From NCBI GenBank assembly GCA_012862495.1, contig BLSG01000091.1:114412-178200 (forward strand): a stretch of 63,789 nucleotides of DNA, given 5' to 3'. The DNA comes from Thraustochytrium aureum. Its lineage: Eukaryota. Positions 25,141 through 35,649 of this stretch are shown here, piece after piece. A program made the translations under genes and the position numbers. The notes beneath the pieces are model-generated. The model ran no database searches and was not told the origin of the DNA. It worked only from the letters and a program-made list of their open reading frames with translations. How positions within the stretch are numbered: the first letter of the stretch is position 1; every line of letters begins with the position of its first letter.

Positions 25141-26342
25141 CTAGCTCCGGTGGAAGGGCCGCAGCAAGCGCGCGAGTCCGTTAAGCAGGCGTTGGCCGAT
25201 CCGAACGAAGAAATTCCGAATCGAGGCGGCCATCGCTCCGACCATGGCGAAGAAGATAGCCTTCCCGGCCTCCTTGGCCACAGTCCTGGCATGCTTACCT
25301 ATCTCGCGCCGAAAGGCCTCCTCCTCCTTGCGAGCTTGCTCTTCGTCTTGCTCGAAGCCGACCCTGCCCTGGGCGGCACTACGCGGGTCGGAAAACCCGC
25401 CAAACCCCCGAACCCGAATGGGTTCTGGGCCCCGCCTTGCTGGACTTGCTCGGTAACCTGCGTTTCGCTGGTCCCGTCCGAGAATCGCGTTGTGACCCGG
25501 ATTTCCGTCACGATGCTCCCGTCTGGCCGCGTGAACGAGCGCTGCTCCTGCGCGACCGACACAGGCTGGCGGGGACCCGATCTTCCGCGTCTTGCAGTTT
25601 GCGACTGCTGGCCCTCTCGTCGCTGCTGCTGCTGCTGCTGCGATTGTTGTTGCTGCTGCTGTTGCTGCCGCATAAATTCCTCTGCCATTTGGCTTGCCAT
25701 ACGCGCGTCGAACTGGCCAAAGTGGACCCTCGCTCCGCGGCCTTGAAAGGCCCGTTCCGCTTCTCTGAAGAGTCGCTGCAGGTCCTCGTCGCGAAACATT
25801 CGTCGGAAAAGCTCGTCGGGGTCCACGTACTGGCCATGCCCGCCCCCGTATGGATTGAACCCGGGGCCCGCGCCGCCTCCAAAGTTCTGCCCGCCAAAGC
25901 CAGCCGCGCCGCCGGACTGGATCGCATTGTATGCCTCGGAGATCTCTTTGAACTTGGCCTCGGCCTTTTTCTTGTTCTCTGGAGTATCATTCATATGCCT
26001 GTCCGGGTGCTGCGTCGATGCAAACCGAGGAAGGCGCGCGTCAGCACTGGCGAGACCCAGCCGCTCCCCAGATCAGAGTGCATGCAAACTTACATAGCGT
26101 AGTGCCATCTTCTTGTACGCCTTCTTGACCTCATCCTCGGACGCGCCCCGCTGTAGCCCAAGCACCTCGTAGGGGTCTCGGTACGCCGCAGCGCTAAGGC
26201 AGCGAACCCGTGCGGCGCGACCAGCAAAAGCTCGGGGGCTGCACCTGGACGCCACGGAGCGCGTCGCCCACGCCCTCGGCGCGACAGGCGGAGCAAAGTT
26301 GAGCTTGCCAAGGCTCAGAGCCGCCCGAGCGAGCGTCCACAT
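25141..26342 (-). CDS. DnaJ/Hsp40 J-domain protein, likely mitochondrial, two exons, poly-Q tract
   Basis: R/S/A-rich presequence; DPYEVLGL...EVKKAYKKMALRY|HPD...AEAKFKEISEAY; G/F region. Adding one G to the G-run near 25405 gives a C-terminus ...AIFFAMVGAMAASIRNFF...RS* ending at 25141. Confidence 0.9.
26010..26093 (-). other. Spliceosomal intron (84 nt) in the DnaJ gene
   Basis: GTAAGT donor at 26093, GCTGAC branch point near 26045, CAG acceptor at 26010; splicing restores Y-HPD. Confidence 0.9.
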
Positions 26343-27500
26343 TGGCCTCGCGTCGGACTCCTCGGGCCGCACTTGCCTCGGGCTTTCCTGGCGAGGCGAG
26401 AGATGAGCGGTGTAATTGCAATGCCGCCTTGCACAATCCGATCCGCCTGAGCCCAGCCGCCGCTCTGCGCTCACAGGGCCGGACGCCGGCTGCGCGACCA
26501 AGCTAGTTGCGTTGCTCTCGCTGGAGCTCGCAAGGGCTGGAGTTGAGAGGGGCGCGCTGGCGCTGGCGCGCTGGATCCCTCGACAGACTCGAGACTGTCA
26601 GTGGCTCGCCAATTTCCATTTTGACGCGCTCGATCCCGACTCGGCCCCTTCGTCGTGCTCGCTCGCTCGCTGCGCAGCTGGCGCTGGGCGCANNNNNNNN
26701 NNNNNNNNNNNNNNNNNNNNNNNNNNNNNNNNNNNNNNNNNNNNNNNNNNNNNNNNNNNNNNNNNNNNNNNNNNNNNNNNNNNNNNNNNNNNNNNNNNNN
26801 NNNNNNNNNNNNNNNNNNNNNNNNNNNNNNNNNNNNNNNNNNNNNNNNNNNNNNNNNNNNNNNNNNNNNNNNNNNNNNNNNNNNNNNNNNNNNNNNNNNN
26901 NNNNNNNNNNNNNNNNNNNNNNNNNNNNNNNNNNNNNNNNNNNNNNNNNNNNNNNNNNNNNNNNNNNNNNNNNNNNNNNNNNNNNNNNNNNNNNNNNNNN
27001 NNNNNNNNNNNNNNNNNNNNNNNNNNNNNNNNNNNNNNNNNNNNNNNNNNNNNNNNNNNNNNNNNNNNNNNNNNNNNNNNNNNNNNNNNNNNNNNNNNNN
27101 NNNNNNNNNNNNNNNNNNNNNNNNNNNNNNNNNNNNNNNNNNNNNNNNNNNNNNNNNNNNNNNNNNNNNNNNNNNNNNNNNNNNNNNNNNNNNNNNNNNN
27201 NNNNNNNNNNNNNNNNNNNNNNNNNNNNNNNNNNNNNNNNNNNNNNNNNNNNNNNNNNNNNNNNNNNNNNNNNNNNNNNNNNNNNNNNNNNNNNNNNNNN
27301 NNNNNNNNNNNNNNNNAACGAAAAGAAGGGAGGGGGGCTGGAGGATGACATGTCTTTGCTTTCTCACTGGTAGTCTTTGGCTGCAACACCGTCGCTCAGC
27401 GCTGCCCGTGGACGCGCCTCTCTCTACAAATTGTGCACGGCTCTTCCTAGCGCGCGCGCGCGCACGTCAGTTGCTGCGGCACCGTGGCCTCCAATTTATG

Positions 27501-27560
27501 AGGCGGCATGGCTCAAAGTTCGTTCCCGATAGGCGGCATGGCTCAGAGTTCGTTCCCGAT
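27501..27560. repeat. 30-bp tandem duplication covering the methyltransferase C-terminus and stop codon
   Basis: aggcggcatggctca(a/g)agttcgttcccgat x2, one mismatch. Confidence 0.95.
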
Positions 27561-28330
27561 GGAAACCCATCCGTTGCGCAGGTTGTTGCGGCGGGCGAAT
27601 ATCTCGAGGTAGTTGCCGCCCGGGACGAGCTTTTCGATGAGCTCGTAGATTTCAACAGGCTTTTGGCTCTGCCCGCGGCGCTCGCTATAGATGATGTCAC
27701 TTGCGATGTTGCTCACCATGCCCGGCGGATCGCTGCCCTTGCGGCCCACAAGGCAGGTTTCCTTGGCGTGCTGCAGGTAAAACCCATGACTCTTTGCGAG
27801 TCGCCGGTTCACCGTACGCTTCACCCAAGCGATCTCGTCGACCAGAGTGTAGCCCCACTTCTCCATCAGCTCCAGGGCGAACTTGTACTTGGCATTGATC
27901 ACCCACACGAACAAAAGCCCATTTTCTTGCAGCGTGTTGAACGGGATCTGCTCAATCAGGCTGTCCGACAGTTGTTGGTAACCGATGGCGACGCCCCGCG
28001 TCGGGTTGGACGTCGCGAGCTGCCACGGGGGGTCAGTCATCACCACGTCGAAGAGGCGGCCAGTGGCGCGCCGCTGAGCCTCCACGAGCTTGTCAAACTT
28101 GAAGTTGCGGACGTCTGCGCGCACCGGTACGCTCAGCGGGGGCGGCTTCCAAATGTCGTTCTCGCTGTCCTCCTCTTTCTGTGCACTGCCAGCCTCGGCG
28201 TCGGCATCAGGGAGGCTTTTTGGCCTCGGCGGCGAGGTCGGTTGGGAACCTTCCTCTCGGCCTCGCGTTGCTGGGGCACCGCTGCTTGGCTCGACCTTTC
28301 GCGAACCGAGTTCACACCTCTTGGTCCATT
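27543..28330 (-). CDS. AMT1: MT-A70 family N6-adenine DNA methyltransferase, AMT1/MTA1 clade (5' end in gap)
   Basis: FDVVMTDPPWQLATSNPTRGVAIGYQQLSD, GLLFVWVINAKY, SHGFYLQHAKETCLVG, SERRGQSQKP, YLEIFARRNNLRNGWVSIGNEL. The frame is open from 27543 up to the gap. Confidence 0.9.
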
Positions 28331-29392
28331 NNNNNNNNNNNNNNNNNNNNNNNNNNNNNNNNNNNNNNNNNNNNNNNNNNNNNNNNNNNNNNNNNNNNNN
28401 NNNNNNNNNNNNNNNNNNNNNNNNNNNNNNNNNNNNNNNNNNNNNNNNNNNNNNNNNNNNNNNNNNNNNNNNNNNNNNNNNNNNNNNNNNNNNNNNNNNN
28501 NNNNNNNNNNNNNNNNNNNNNNNNNNNNNNNNNNNNNNNNNNNNNNNNNNNNNNNNNNNNNNNNNNNNNNNNNNNNNNNNNNNNNNNNNNNNNNNNNNNN
28601 NNNNNNNNNNNNNNNNNNNNNNNNNNNNNNNNNNNNNNNNNNNNNNNNNNNNNNNNNNNNNNNNNNNNNNNNNNNNNNNNNNNNNNNNNNNNNNNNNNNN
28701 NNNNNNNNNNNNNNNNNNNNNNNNNNNNNNNNNNNNNNNNNNNNNNNNNNNNNNNNNNNNNNNNNNNNNNNNNNNNNNNNNNNNNNNNNNNNNNNNNNNN
28801 NNNNNNNNNNNNNNNNNNNNNNNNNNNNNNNNNNNNNNNNNNNNNNNNNNNNNNNNNNNNNNNNNNNNNNNNNNNNNNNNNNNNNNNNNNNNNNNNNNNN
28901 NNNNNNNNNNNNNNNNNNNNNNNNNNNNNNNNNNNNNNNNNNNNNNNNNNNNNNNNNNNNNNNNNNNNNNNNNNNNNNNNNNNNNNNNNNNNNNNNNNNN
29001 NNNNNNNNNNNNNNNNNNNNNNNNNNNNNNNNNNNNNNNNNNNNNNNNNNNNNNNNNNNNNNNNNNNNNNNNNNNNNNNNNNNNNNNNNNNNNNNNNNNN
29101 NNNNNNNNNNNNNNNNNNNNNNNNNNNNNNNNNNNNNNNNNNNNNNNNNNNNNNNNNNNNNNNNNNNNNNNNNNNNNNNNNNNNNNNNNNNNNNNNNNNN
29201 NNNNNNNNNNNNNNNNNNNNNNNNNNNNNNNNNNNNNNNNNNNNNNNNNNNNNNNNNNNNNNNNNNNNNNNNNNNNNNNNNNNNNNNNNNNNNNNNNNNN
29301 NNNNNNNNNNNNTACCTGTACAAAGCGGGCTCGCCCAGCCGCGCGAGCAGCACGGCTGCCGGCTGCAGCCGATGGACCCCCTGGTGGACCGC

Positions 29393-30232
29393 CTAGTAGT
29401 GGTGGAAGGTGCCGCGGTTGTCGTAGTATCCGTCTGAGACGTCGCCTTGCGCGGCCGCGTCGGGCGCGCTGTCAGCCGGCTCGTCAAAGACATCCACGTC
29501 CTCGACCACCAAGCCGCCGTCGTCAATGTCGACCGTGGCCGCCAAGGGCTGCGCTGCCCCGGGAGATGCGGCCACCGTTTGCCGAGGCTTCGTCTCAGGC
29601 GCGGGCTCTATCCTTGCTTCTTCAACCCGGTCCTCGGCGGGCTGAGGCGAACTTGCAAAACCAGGCGCAGTAGTTGCACTGGGAGCGTGTTTCATCACTG
29701 TCACCACAACGCGATCGCGCAGCGGCCGGAGCAAAAGGTCCTCAGCAGCCGTCTCGGCCGGAAGTTGAAAGCGCTGGTTGAAAGCGCGCTCGTCGGCGCG
29801 ATCTTTGATCGAGAGCACCATGTCGTCCCAGTTCACATCAAACGCGAACAGGCCGTTCTTGCTTCGCTCCTGCGCCGCGATGTGTATCTCAAACCGATCC
29901 CCAGCGTCGCGGACCTCAAACGCGCGCTCGCGAACCACCGGGGGTTGGGGCGGCGGCGTTGCTTGGCGCCAATACCTGGGATCCTCCGTCGCTCGCTGGT
30001 GCCGCGCCGCGCGGTGCGGGAAGGTCGGCATGCCAAATCCGAAAGCGTCCTTGCCAAAGACTTCAAAGGGCGAGCGTCTCCCTGCCCCCCAGTGGTTGAG
30101 CGAGTTGGGCCGACTGAGCCACGCGGGCCCGGGCCTCCAGGCGTCGGCAGTTTGCACCGACCCCACAGCCAGTAGCGTCGCCACCAGAAGCAGGGCCATG
30201 CGGCCGCGTGTGTTGTAGCCGCCGACCGCCAT
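29393..30232 (-). CDS. Signal-peptide protein with a divergent HSP20/alpha-crystallin-like domain
   Basis: Signal MALLLVATLLAVGSVQTADA; F/P/G-rich N-region; FEVRDAGDRFEIHI...MVLSIK...FNQRFQLP...VVVTVMK; acidic tail ending DGYYDNRGTFHHY. Confidence 0.6.
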   Translation of the reverse strand: MAVGGYNTRGRMALLLVATLLAVGSVQTADAWRPGPAWLSRPNSLNHWGAGRRSPFEVFGKDAFGFGMPTFPHRAARHQRATEDPRYWRQATPPPQPPVVRERAFEVRDAGDRFEIHIAAQERSKNGLFAFDVNWDDMVLSIKDRADERAFNQRFQLPAETAAEDLLLRPLRDRVVVTVMKHAPSATTAPGFASSPQPAEDRVEEARIEPAPETKPRQTVAASPGAAQPLAATVDIDDGGLVVEDVDVFDEPADSAPDAAAQGDVSDGYYDNRGTFHHY

Positions 30233-30530
30233 CCCTTCCGCGTTGCCCCAAATGCACCCGCTCCTTCACCAGCACCGGCCTGCCCTTCAAGCTCCCTATC
30301 TAGAGCACAACCTTCCAACCCCAGCGTCCTGCCGGTCCTCCAGCTCTGCGCACCAGCGCGAGGTCACGTCGCAGGCCGAGCTGAGCCCCAGCAAGCCCTT
30401 CTTCCCCGCAAACCTCGCGTACGTGCAGCCGACCAGCCAAAAGCCTTCCGTCAGGTCTTCTCGATCGGTCGATCGATCAATCTCAGCGTTACGGGTCTGC
30501 TGCAGGCAGCCGGCCAGCCAGGCATGGACT

Positions 30531-30566
30531 TCAATCATCATCAACATCAACATCAACATCAACATC
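30531..30566. repeat. (CATCAA)n microsatellite abutting a gap
   Basis: Repeated catcaa from ~30539 to the gap. Confidence 0.9.
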
Positions 30567-31182
30567 NNNNNNNNNNNNNNNNNNNNNNNNNNNNNNNNNN
30601 NNNNNNNNNNNNNNNNNNNNNNNNNNNNNNNNNNNNNNNNNNNNNNNNNNNNNNNNNNNNNNNNNNNNNNNNNNNNNNNNNNNNNNNNNNNNNNNNNNNN
30701 NNNNNNNNNNNNNNNNNNNNNNNNNNNNNNNNNNNNNNNNNNNNNNNNNNNNNNNNNNNNNNNNNNNNNNNNNNNNNNNNNNNNNNNNNNNNNNNNNNNN
30801 NNNNNNNNNNNNNNNNNNNNNNNNNNNNNNNNNNNNNNNNNNNNNNNNNNNNNNNNNNNNNNNNNNNNNNNNNNNNNNNNNNNNNNNNNNNNNNNNNNNN
30901 NNNNNNNNNNNNNNNNNNNNNNNNNNNNNNNNNNNNNNNNNNNNNNNNNNNNNNNNNNNNNNNNNNNNNNNNNNNNNNNNNNNNNNNNNNNNNNNNNNNN
31001 NNNNNNNNNNNNNNNNNNNNNNNNNNNNNNNNNNNNNNNNNNNNNNNNNNNNNNNNNNNNNNNNNNNNNNNNNNNNNNNNNNNNNNNNNNNNNNNNNNNN
31101 NNNGGTAGACCGGGCTCCATTTGTCCCGTCCACCGAGTGGGCGCGAGTCGAATCTTGGCAGAGCATTCCTGGAGGGCTCGAA

Positions 31183-33039
31183 GTGCGCTTGGATCTGAGC
31201 CGTAGCAGCGGAGACGGAACAAAGTTTGCGCGAATCCCTCCGCGCTGGGATGCGAAATTCGAGGCGCTGTTTTCGAGCGGCAGTTCCCCGAGAACCGTCG
31301 TCGTGCGAATCGACAGTGCGCACAGCGCAAGTCCGCTTGGGCAAGTCCTGGCCGCCTTTGAACGCGAGCTGGGCGTACCCGCAGAGTGCGTGGACGCGTC
31401 GCAGCTGCCGAGTGAAGCTGATGCGCTCTTTGCCCTTTCACAGCGCTCTTTGTATCTGTCGGTCTCTGTGGAGGACAGAAGCCCGCTCGCCTGCGTCTGT
31501 GCCCGACACTCGCCGTGCGCTGCTGCCGTGCGAGATCTTGAGATGTGTACGCAAAGGTCACTGCCGGATGCCCTCGCCCGGTTTCCTTCCCCGCGGGACG
31601 CGTTTGAAGCCGTTTGCGAAGGCGAGCGCGAGGCGTTCCTCCTCTGCACGACACAGTGCGCGGCATTCGGAGACCAACTCCTGGCAACAGCCGCTGCTGG
31701 AAGAATGCACCTTGGCGAGCTTGGGAGCCAACTCACGCTAGTAAAGCCCCACCAGTACGCGATTCCCGGCCCGGCCGCGAGCTCCCGCTGCAGCGCCTGC
31801 GCGGTGTCGGCAGGCCGAGTGGAGCTCTTTGTCAAGCCAGAGCTTGCGAGACGCAAACCGGCTGGCCCGCTTGTGCTCGGTCGAGGTCGGTACGCGCCGT
31901 ACTACAAGACCCCTGCCGGTGGCGAGATTCATGCCGCGCTCGTCGGCTTCGGTGGCGGCGAGCAAGTCCACTGCGACCGCGTCGTGCGCGGGACTGCCGT
32001 GCTCGCGTCTGTTTGGTCTGTTGTAAACGTGTACCACTTGATGTCTGATGTGTTGCTGCCGTCATTCATAACGCTGTCCCAGCGCGGCCTGGATCCGCGC
32101 GACGCGGTCCTGTTCCTCGACGTTGGGCATGCCGAGGAGCGCTCCAGGCTTCAGGAGGTCCTGGCGTACTCGAGAAGCGGAGACTCTCCGTTGCGGCTGC
32201 TCGGCGCGTTTTTTCGTCAAGTGTTTGCCCTGCAAGCTCTGCGGGACGCCCCAGGACGGACCTGCTTCGAGGATTTGTTCATTGAGCTTGACCTGGCCGG
32301 CACGCCCCACTTGGCCGCCTTCAACGCGCCGCTCGACCAGGCGACGCTTGCAGCAAACCAAGTAAACCCAGCTGACCCGGAGGAGGGGCGGCGAGCTGTG
32401 GACGTCTTTTCTTTCGGAGCGGCATGGCACGCGCGGATCGCGGAACTTGCTGGGGCGGCGAGTGCGCACATGCTCGCCCGTGACGACTCGTTTACGACAG
32501 TGACGATTATTCAGCGAGCAGGGACGCGGCGGCTCCTGGGCATGGCGAATGTGAGGCGCCACGTACACGATGCATTGCACCGCGCTGCAGAGCGAGGCAG
32601 CGTGAAAGACCTTCGCTTGGAAAAGCTTCCGCTCGCGCGTCAAATTGGCGTCCTGGCAAAGACAGACGTGCTTGTTTGCGTACATGGGCAGGGCTGCGCC
32701 AATGCTGTCTTCATGCGTCCTGGCGCGGTGCTCGTCTTGATTATGCCGCGGGGCTGGTTTGGGTGGAAATGGATGTACGTCAACTTGGCGCGCGCGGTGG
32801 GGCTTGGCGTGGTTGTGCATCGTTACTCTGACGAAACGCCGCCCGCGAGCGAGGACCAGGGCTGGGACGGCTCGGACAGTGACTACTTGGAATCGAACCT
32901 TGCCGGATTGCACCCGGTGAGGGACCAAGACGTCATCCTGGACGACGCTGGTTGGGCAAACACGCTCGACGAGGCTCTGCGCGCGCTCAAGGCGCGGCGC
33001 CACGACAGCAAGCAAGGCGCGACTGCGAGGGCGCCTTGA
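31183..33039 (+). CDS. Glycosyltransferase family 61 protein (EOGT/xylosyltransferase-like); start uncertain
   Basis: NVYHLMSDVLLP, IIQRAGTRRLL, LARQIGVLAKTDVLVCVHGQGCANAVFMRPGAVLVLI, YVNLARAVGL. Confidence 0.85.
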   Translation: MRLDLSRSSGDGTKFARIPPRWDAKFEALFSSGSSPRTVVVRIDSAHSASPLGQVLAAFERELGVPAECVDASQLPSEADALFALSQRSLYLSVSVEDRSPLACVCARHSPCAAAVRDLEMCTQRSLPDALARFPSPRDAFEAVCEGEREAFLLCTTQCAAFGDQLLATAAAGRMHLGELGSQLTLVKPHQYAIPGPAASSRCSACAVSAGRVELFVKPELARRKPAGPLVLGRGRYAPYYKTPAGGEIHAALVGFGGGEQVHCDRVVRGTAVLASVWSVVNVYHLMSDVLLPSFITLSQRGLDPRDAVLFLDVGHAEERSRLQEVLAYSRSGDSPLRLLGAFFRQVFALQALRDAPGRTCFEDLFIELDLAGTPHLAAFNAPLDQATLAANQVNPADPEEGRRAVDVFSFGAAWHARIAELAGAASAHMLARDDSFTTVTIIQRAGTRRLLGMANVRRHVHDALHRAAERGSVKDLRLEKLPLARQIGVLAKTDVLVCVHGQGCANAVFMRPGAVLVLIMPRGWFGWKWMYVNLARAVGLGVVVHRYSDETPPASEDQGWDGSDSDYLESNLAGLHPVRDQDVILDDAGWANTLDEALRALKARRHDSKQGATARAP

Positions 33040-33101
33040 CAATGCAAGGCCGGCGAGGGAGTGAAAACAGGGTGTTGCTTGGGCACTTTAGCTCTCGCTC
33101 G

Positions 33102-35649
33102 CTACGGGGCCGAGGGCGGGTCAGCTGACTCTGTGCAAGTTCTGCGCAACACAGAGCGCTGCGGGCGGGAAAACGTGGTTCGAAGCACCGTGCGCACCTT
33201 GCGCCAGCGCGCGGAGGCCTCGTCGCTTGGCGCACTCGAAGCGGACTTGGACCCCGCCGTGGCGAGCTTGTCAGCGGCTCGGAGCGCCGACACGTCCAAC
33301 ACGCGCTTGAGCAAAACCCGGGTGATCGAGTACAGAGGGGGGACCCCCTCCACAATGCTCATCTCCTGCGCAAGGCTGCTGGCGGGCTCGAGCGGCGTGT
33401 CGGACACGTAGTACAAGAACCGGCTGCGAAGCTCCGGCAACAAGATGCCCACTACGGCGCCAGGGCTCGTCAGCGAACGAGGAAGCTGCCAGAGCAAGCC
33501 TGCCCCTTTCTCTAGCTCAAAAGCAGGCTAAGCGCGAGCACCGCAAACCGCGCGAGCACCCCAAACCAAATCAACTTACGCTGCGTGCCCTGCTCAATCG
33601 CGCGGAGGTACCAGGATGCCTCCATTTCCATGCCCGTGGCGTGCCAGAGGCGTTCATAAAAGCGCAGAAGCTCGCGACTCTGCAGCACAGTGCCGAGAAC
33701 CGTGATGACCGGCCCTACGTGGACGTCCCTACCGCTCATGGCATGAAGCTTGTCGGGGTCGATATCGCCGTTGTCCACCGAGAGCATTTCGCCGCCCTGG
33801 TTTTCGTCCAGCACATGCGTTGGAAACAGGATGTCGCCGCGGCGCCCCACGAGGCCGCCCGCCTTGCCCAAGACATTGATCGATCGAACCAGCATGCCAA
33901 ACGTAGAATGAGGAGGCGGAGGATGTGCTCCGCCTGGCTGCCGAAACAGTAGTCGATGTTGATGAGGAGGTGACGCCGCCCGGGTAGCGGGTCGTACGAC
34001 TCGGCCGGAAGAAGTTCATCGAATTTGGGGCAGTGCTCCTTGAGGCAGTTGAGGTCGTACAGCTGAACGCTGATGCCCGTGACCTCGCGCTCGCTGAGCT
34101 CAACGATGCCAGCGTCTTTCTCCTCTTGGCGTTTCTTGGAGGCCTCACGCGGCTTGGCCTTGAGGAACTCGCGCGTGACGGGATAGAGGCGGTCGATTTC
34201 GTTCCGTAGCGGCTCGTCAAAGAGGGCGCTCGCGTGCTCGCGACCCCAGGAGAGGATGCGGTCGCGGTTGCGGTGTACCCACGGGGAGACGCAGTTTAGT
34301 ACCGAGTGCGTGTTCGACGAGATTATGTCCACCACGAGGTCCGACGAGGGCTCGTTCTCGAACTCGCCGATTAGGTCGACCGCGAGCGCTCGCACGCGCT
34401 GGCACCAGCGCTCATCAGCAGAGATTGTGTAGGAGTTGCGTTTGAATCAAGGTAGACGCTGTAGTCACCGTGATGAATGAGCACCTCGAGGAGGTGTACG
34501 AGCGTGTTGCCGTGCGGCCAGAGCCGCGAGAGGCCCCTTTGCGGTTTTCTTCGCTCATGTCGTCTGGTCAAGCACCTCCTCCGTGACGAGGGCGTCCGAC
34601 TCGCCGTCTCCGTGGATGCGGTGCACGCCGCGTTGCAGCACAGGCACGATGTGGCCCAATGGGCGCAGCACGCGCTGCAGCTTGCGGGACTCGATCGCGT
34701 GCACACACAGGTTGGTGATCACGTCCAGGTAGTCGCTGGTCAGCTCGCGGAGGAGGATGAAAAGCTTCCCAGGCATCACCTCCCAGCACATGCGCCGCCG
34801 GGCGTCGGTCTTGGCCGACTTGCCAGGCGAGAGGCTCGAGACAACAAAGTCGAGTTCCTCTGCTTCGGTGCAGAGCTCCTCGACGATGTTCTCGACCCCG
34901 CTCCCTTGAGAGGTGATGATGGGAACACTGCCGAGGTCGTCGCCGTCGTCCTTGATGTTGCGGACCTTGAGAACGTTCAGCACACGCCGCGAGCACACGA
35001 TCGAGTACACCGAGGTGATGTTGTGCGGGAGGCGGCGCAGGGCGTAGCTCCACCCGTCGTAGTCGATGGTCGTGGGGTCGTTGACCAGCGAGTGCAAAGC
35101 TGGATGGAGCTTGCGGTATCGAACGAGGAGCTCGCTCATGTTGATGCTCGTGCTTTGGGGCTCGTGCATCGAGCTGAAAACGAAAGAGCGAAACCCAATG
35201 AAGTGGTCGAAAAGCCCTTGCTTGAACCTGAGGTTGGAGGCTAGCGCGAGCGCGAAGCGGGTGTTGTGCTCTGACAGGAGACTCATCAACACGCAGCCTT
35301 TCAGCTTCCACGCGGTTGAGGGTTTGCCCTTGCCGGCGCGAATCTCGACCGTGCGGGGTGTTCCAAAAAGCGCGGCTCGCTCGCCAAAGTACGTGCCAGG
35401 GGTCATCGTTGCGTCCGTCTTGACGAGGCCATCGGCCGTCACGCAGACAAACGACCCGCTCACGACAACGTAGAGTGCCTCGGCGTCCGGGCTCCCGCTG
35501 GCGCCGCGGCTGATCGCAGTCTCGCCGGGCGCGAACGAAACATACTCGAGGTCGGCTTCGACTGCTTCCCGACGCTCTTTGTCCAGATAGCTGAACGGAA
35601 TCACGTCTGCCAGCGCATTCTTGCGCGAGGAACTCGGCGACGCGGCCAT
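33102..35649 (-). CDS. Cyclic-nucleotide-binding domain fused to a DUF6909-like PNP/nucleosidase-fold domain; one intron and ~3 indels
   Basis: CNB: FAPGETAISRG...LYVVVSG...GTYFGERAALFGTPRTVEIRA. DUF6909-like motifs: YALRRLP, RRRMCW...SDYLDVITNL...IESRKL, IISSNTHSVLN, NIDYCFGSQA, VLGKAGGL...GDILFP, TVLGTVLQ, GMEMEA, YYVSDTPL. Confidence 0.8.
33452..33579 (-). other. Spliceosomal intron (128 nt) in the cNMP-DUF6909 gene
   Basis: GTAAGT donor at 33579, GCTGAC branch point near 33470, TAG acceptor at 33452; splicing gives EQGTQ-L-GILLPELRSRFLYYVSD in frame. Confidence 0.85.

Noticed and set aside
27543..28330. METTL3/IME4 mRNA m6A writer or bacterial restriction-modification methylase
   Set aside because: The loop after DPPW (QLATSNPTRGVAIGY) and the HGFYLQHAKE segment fit the AMT1 clade; no restriction enzyme is adjacent.
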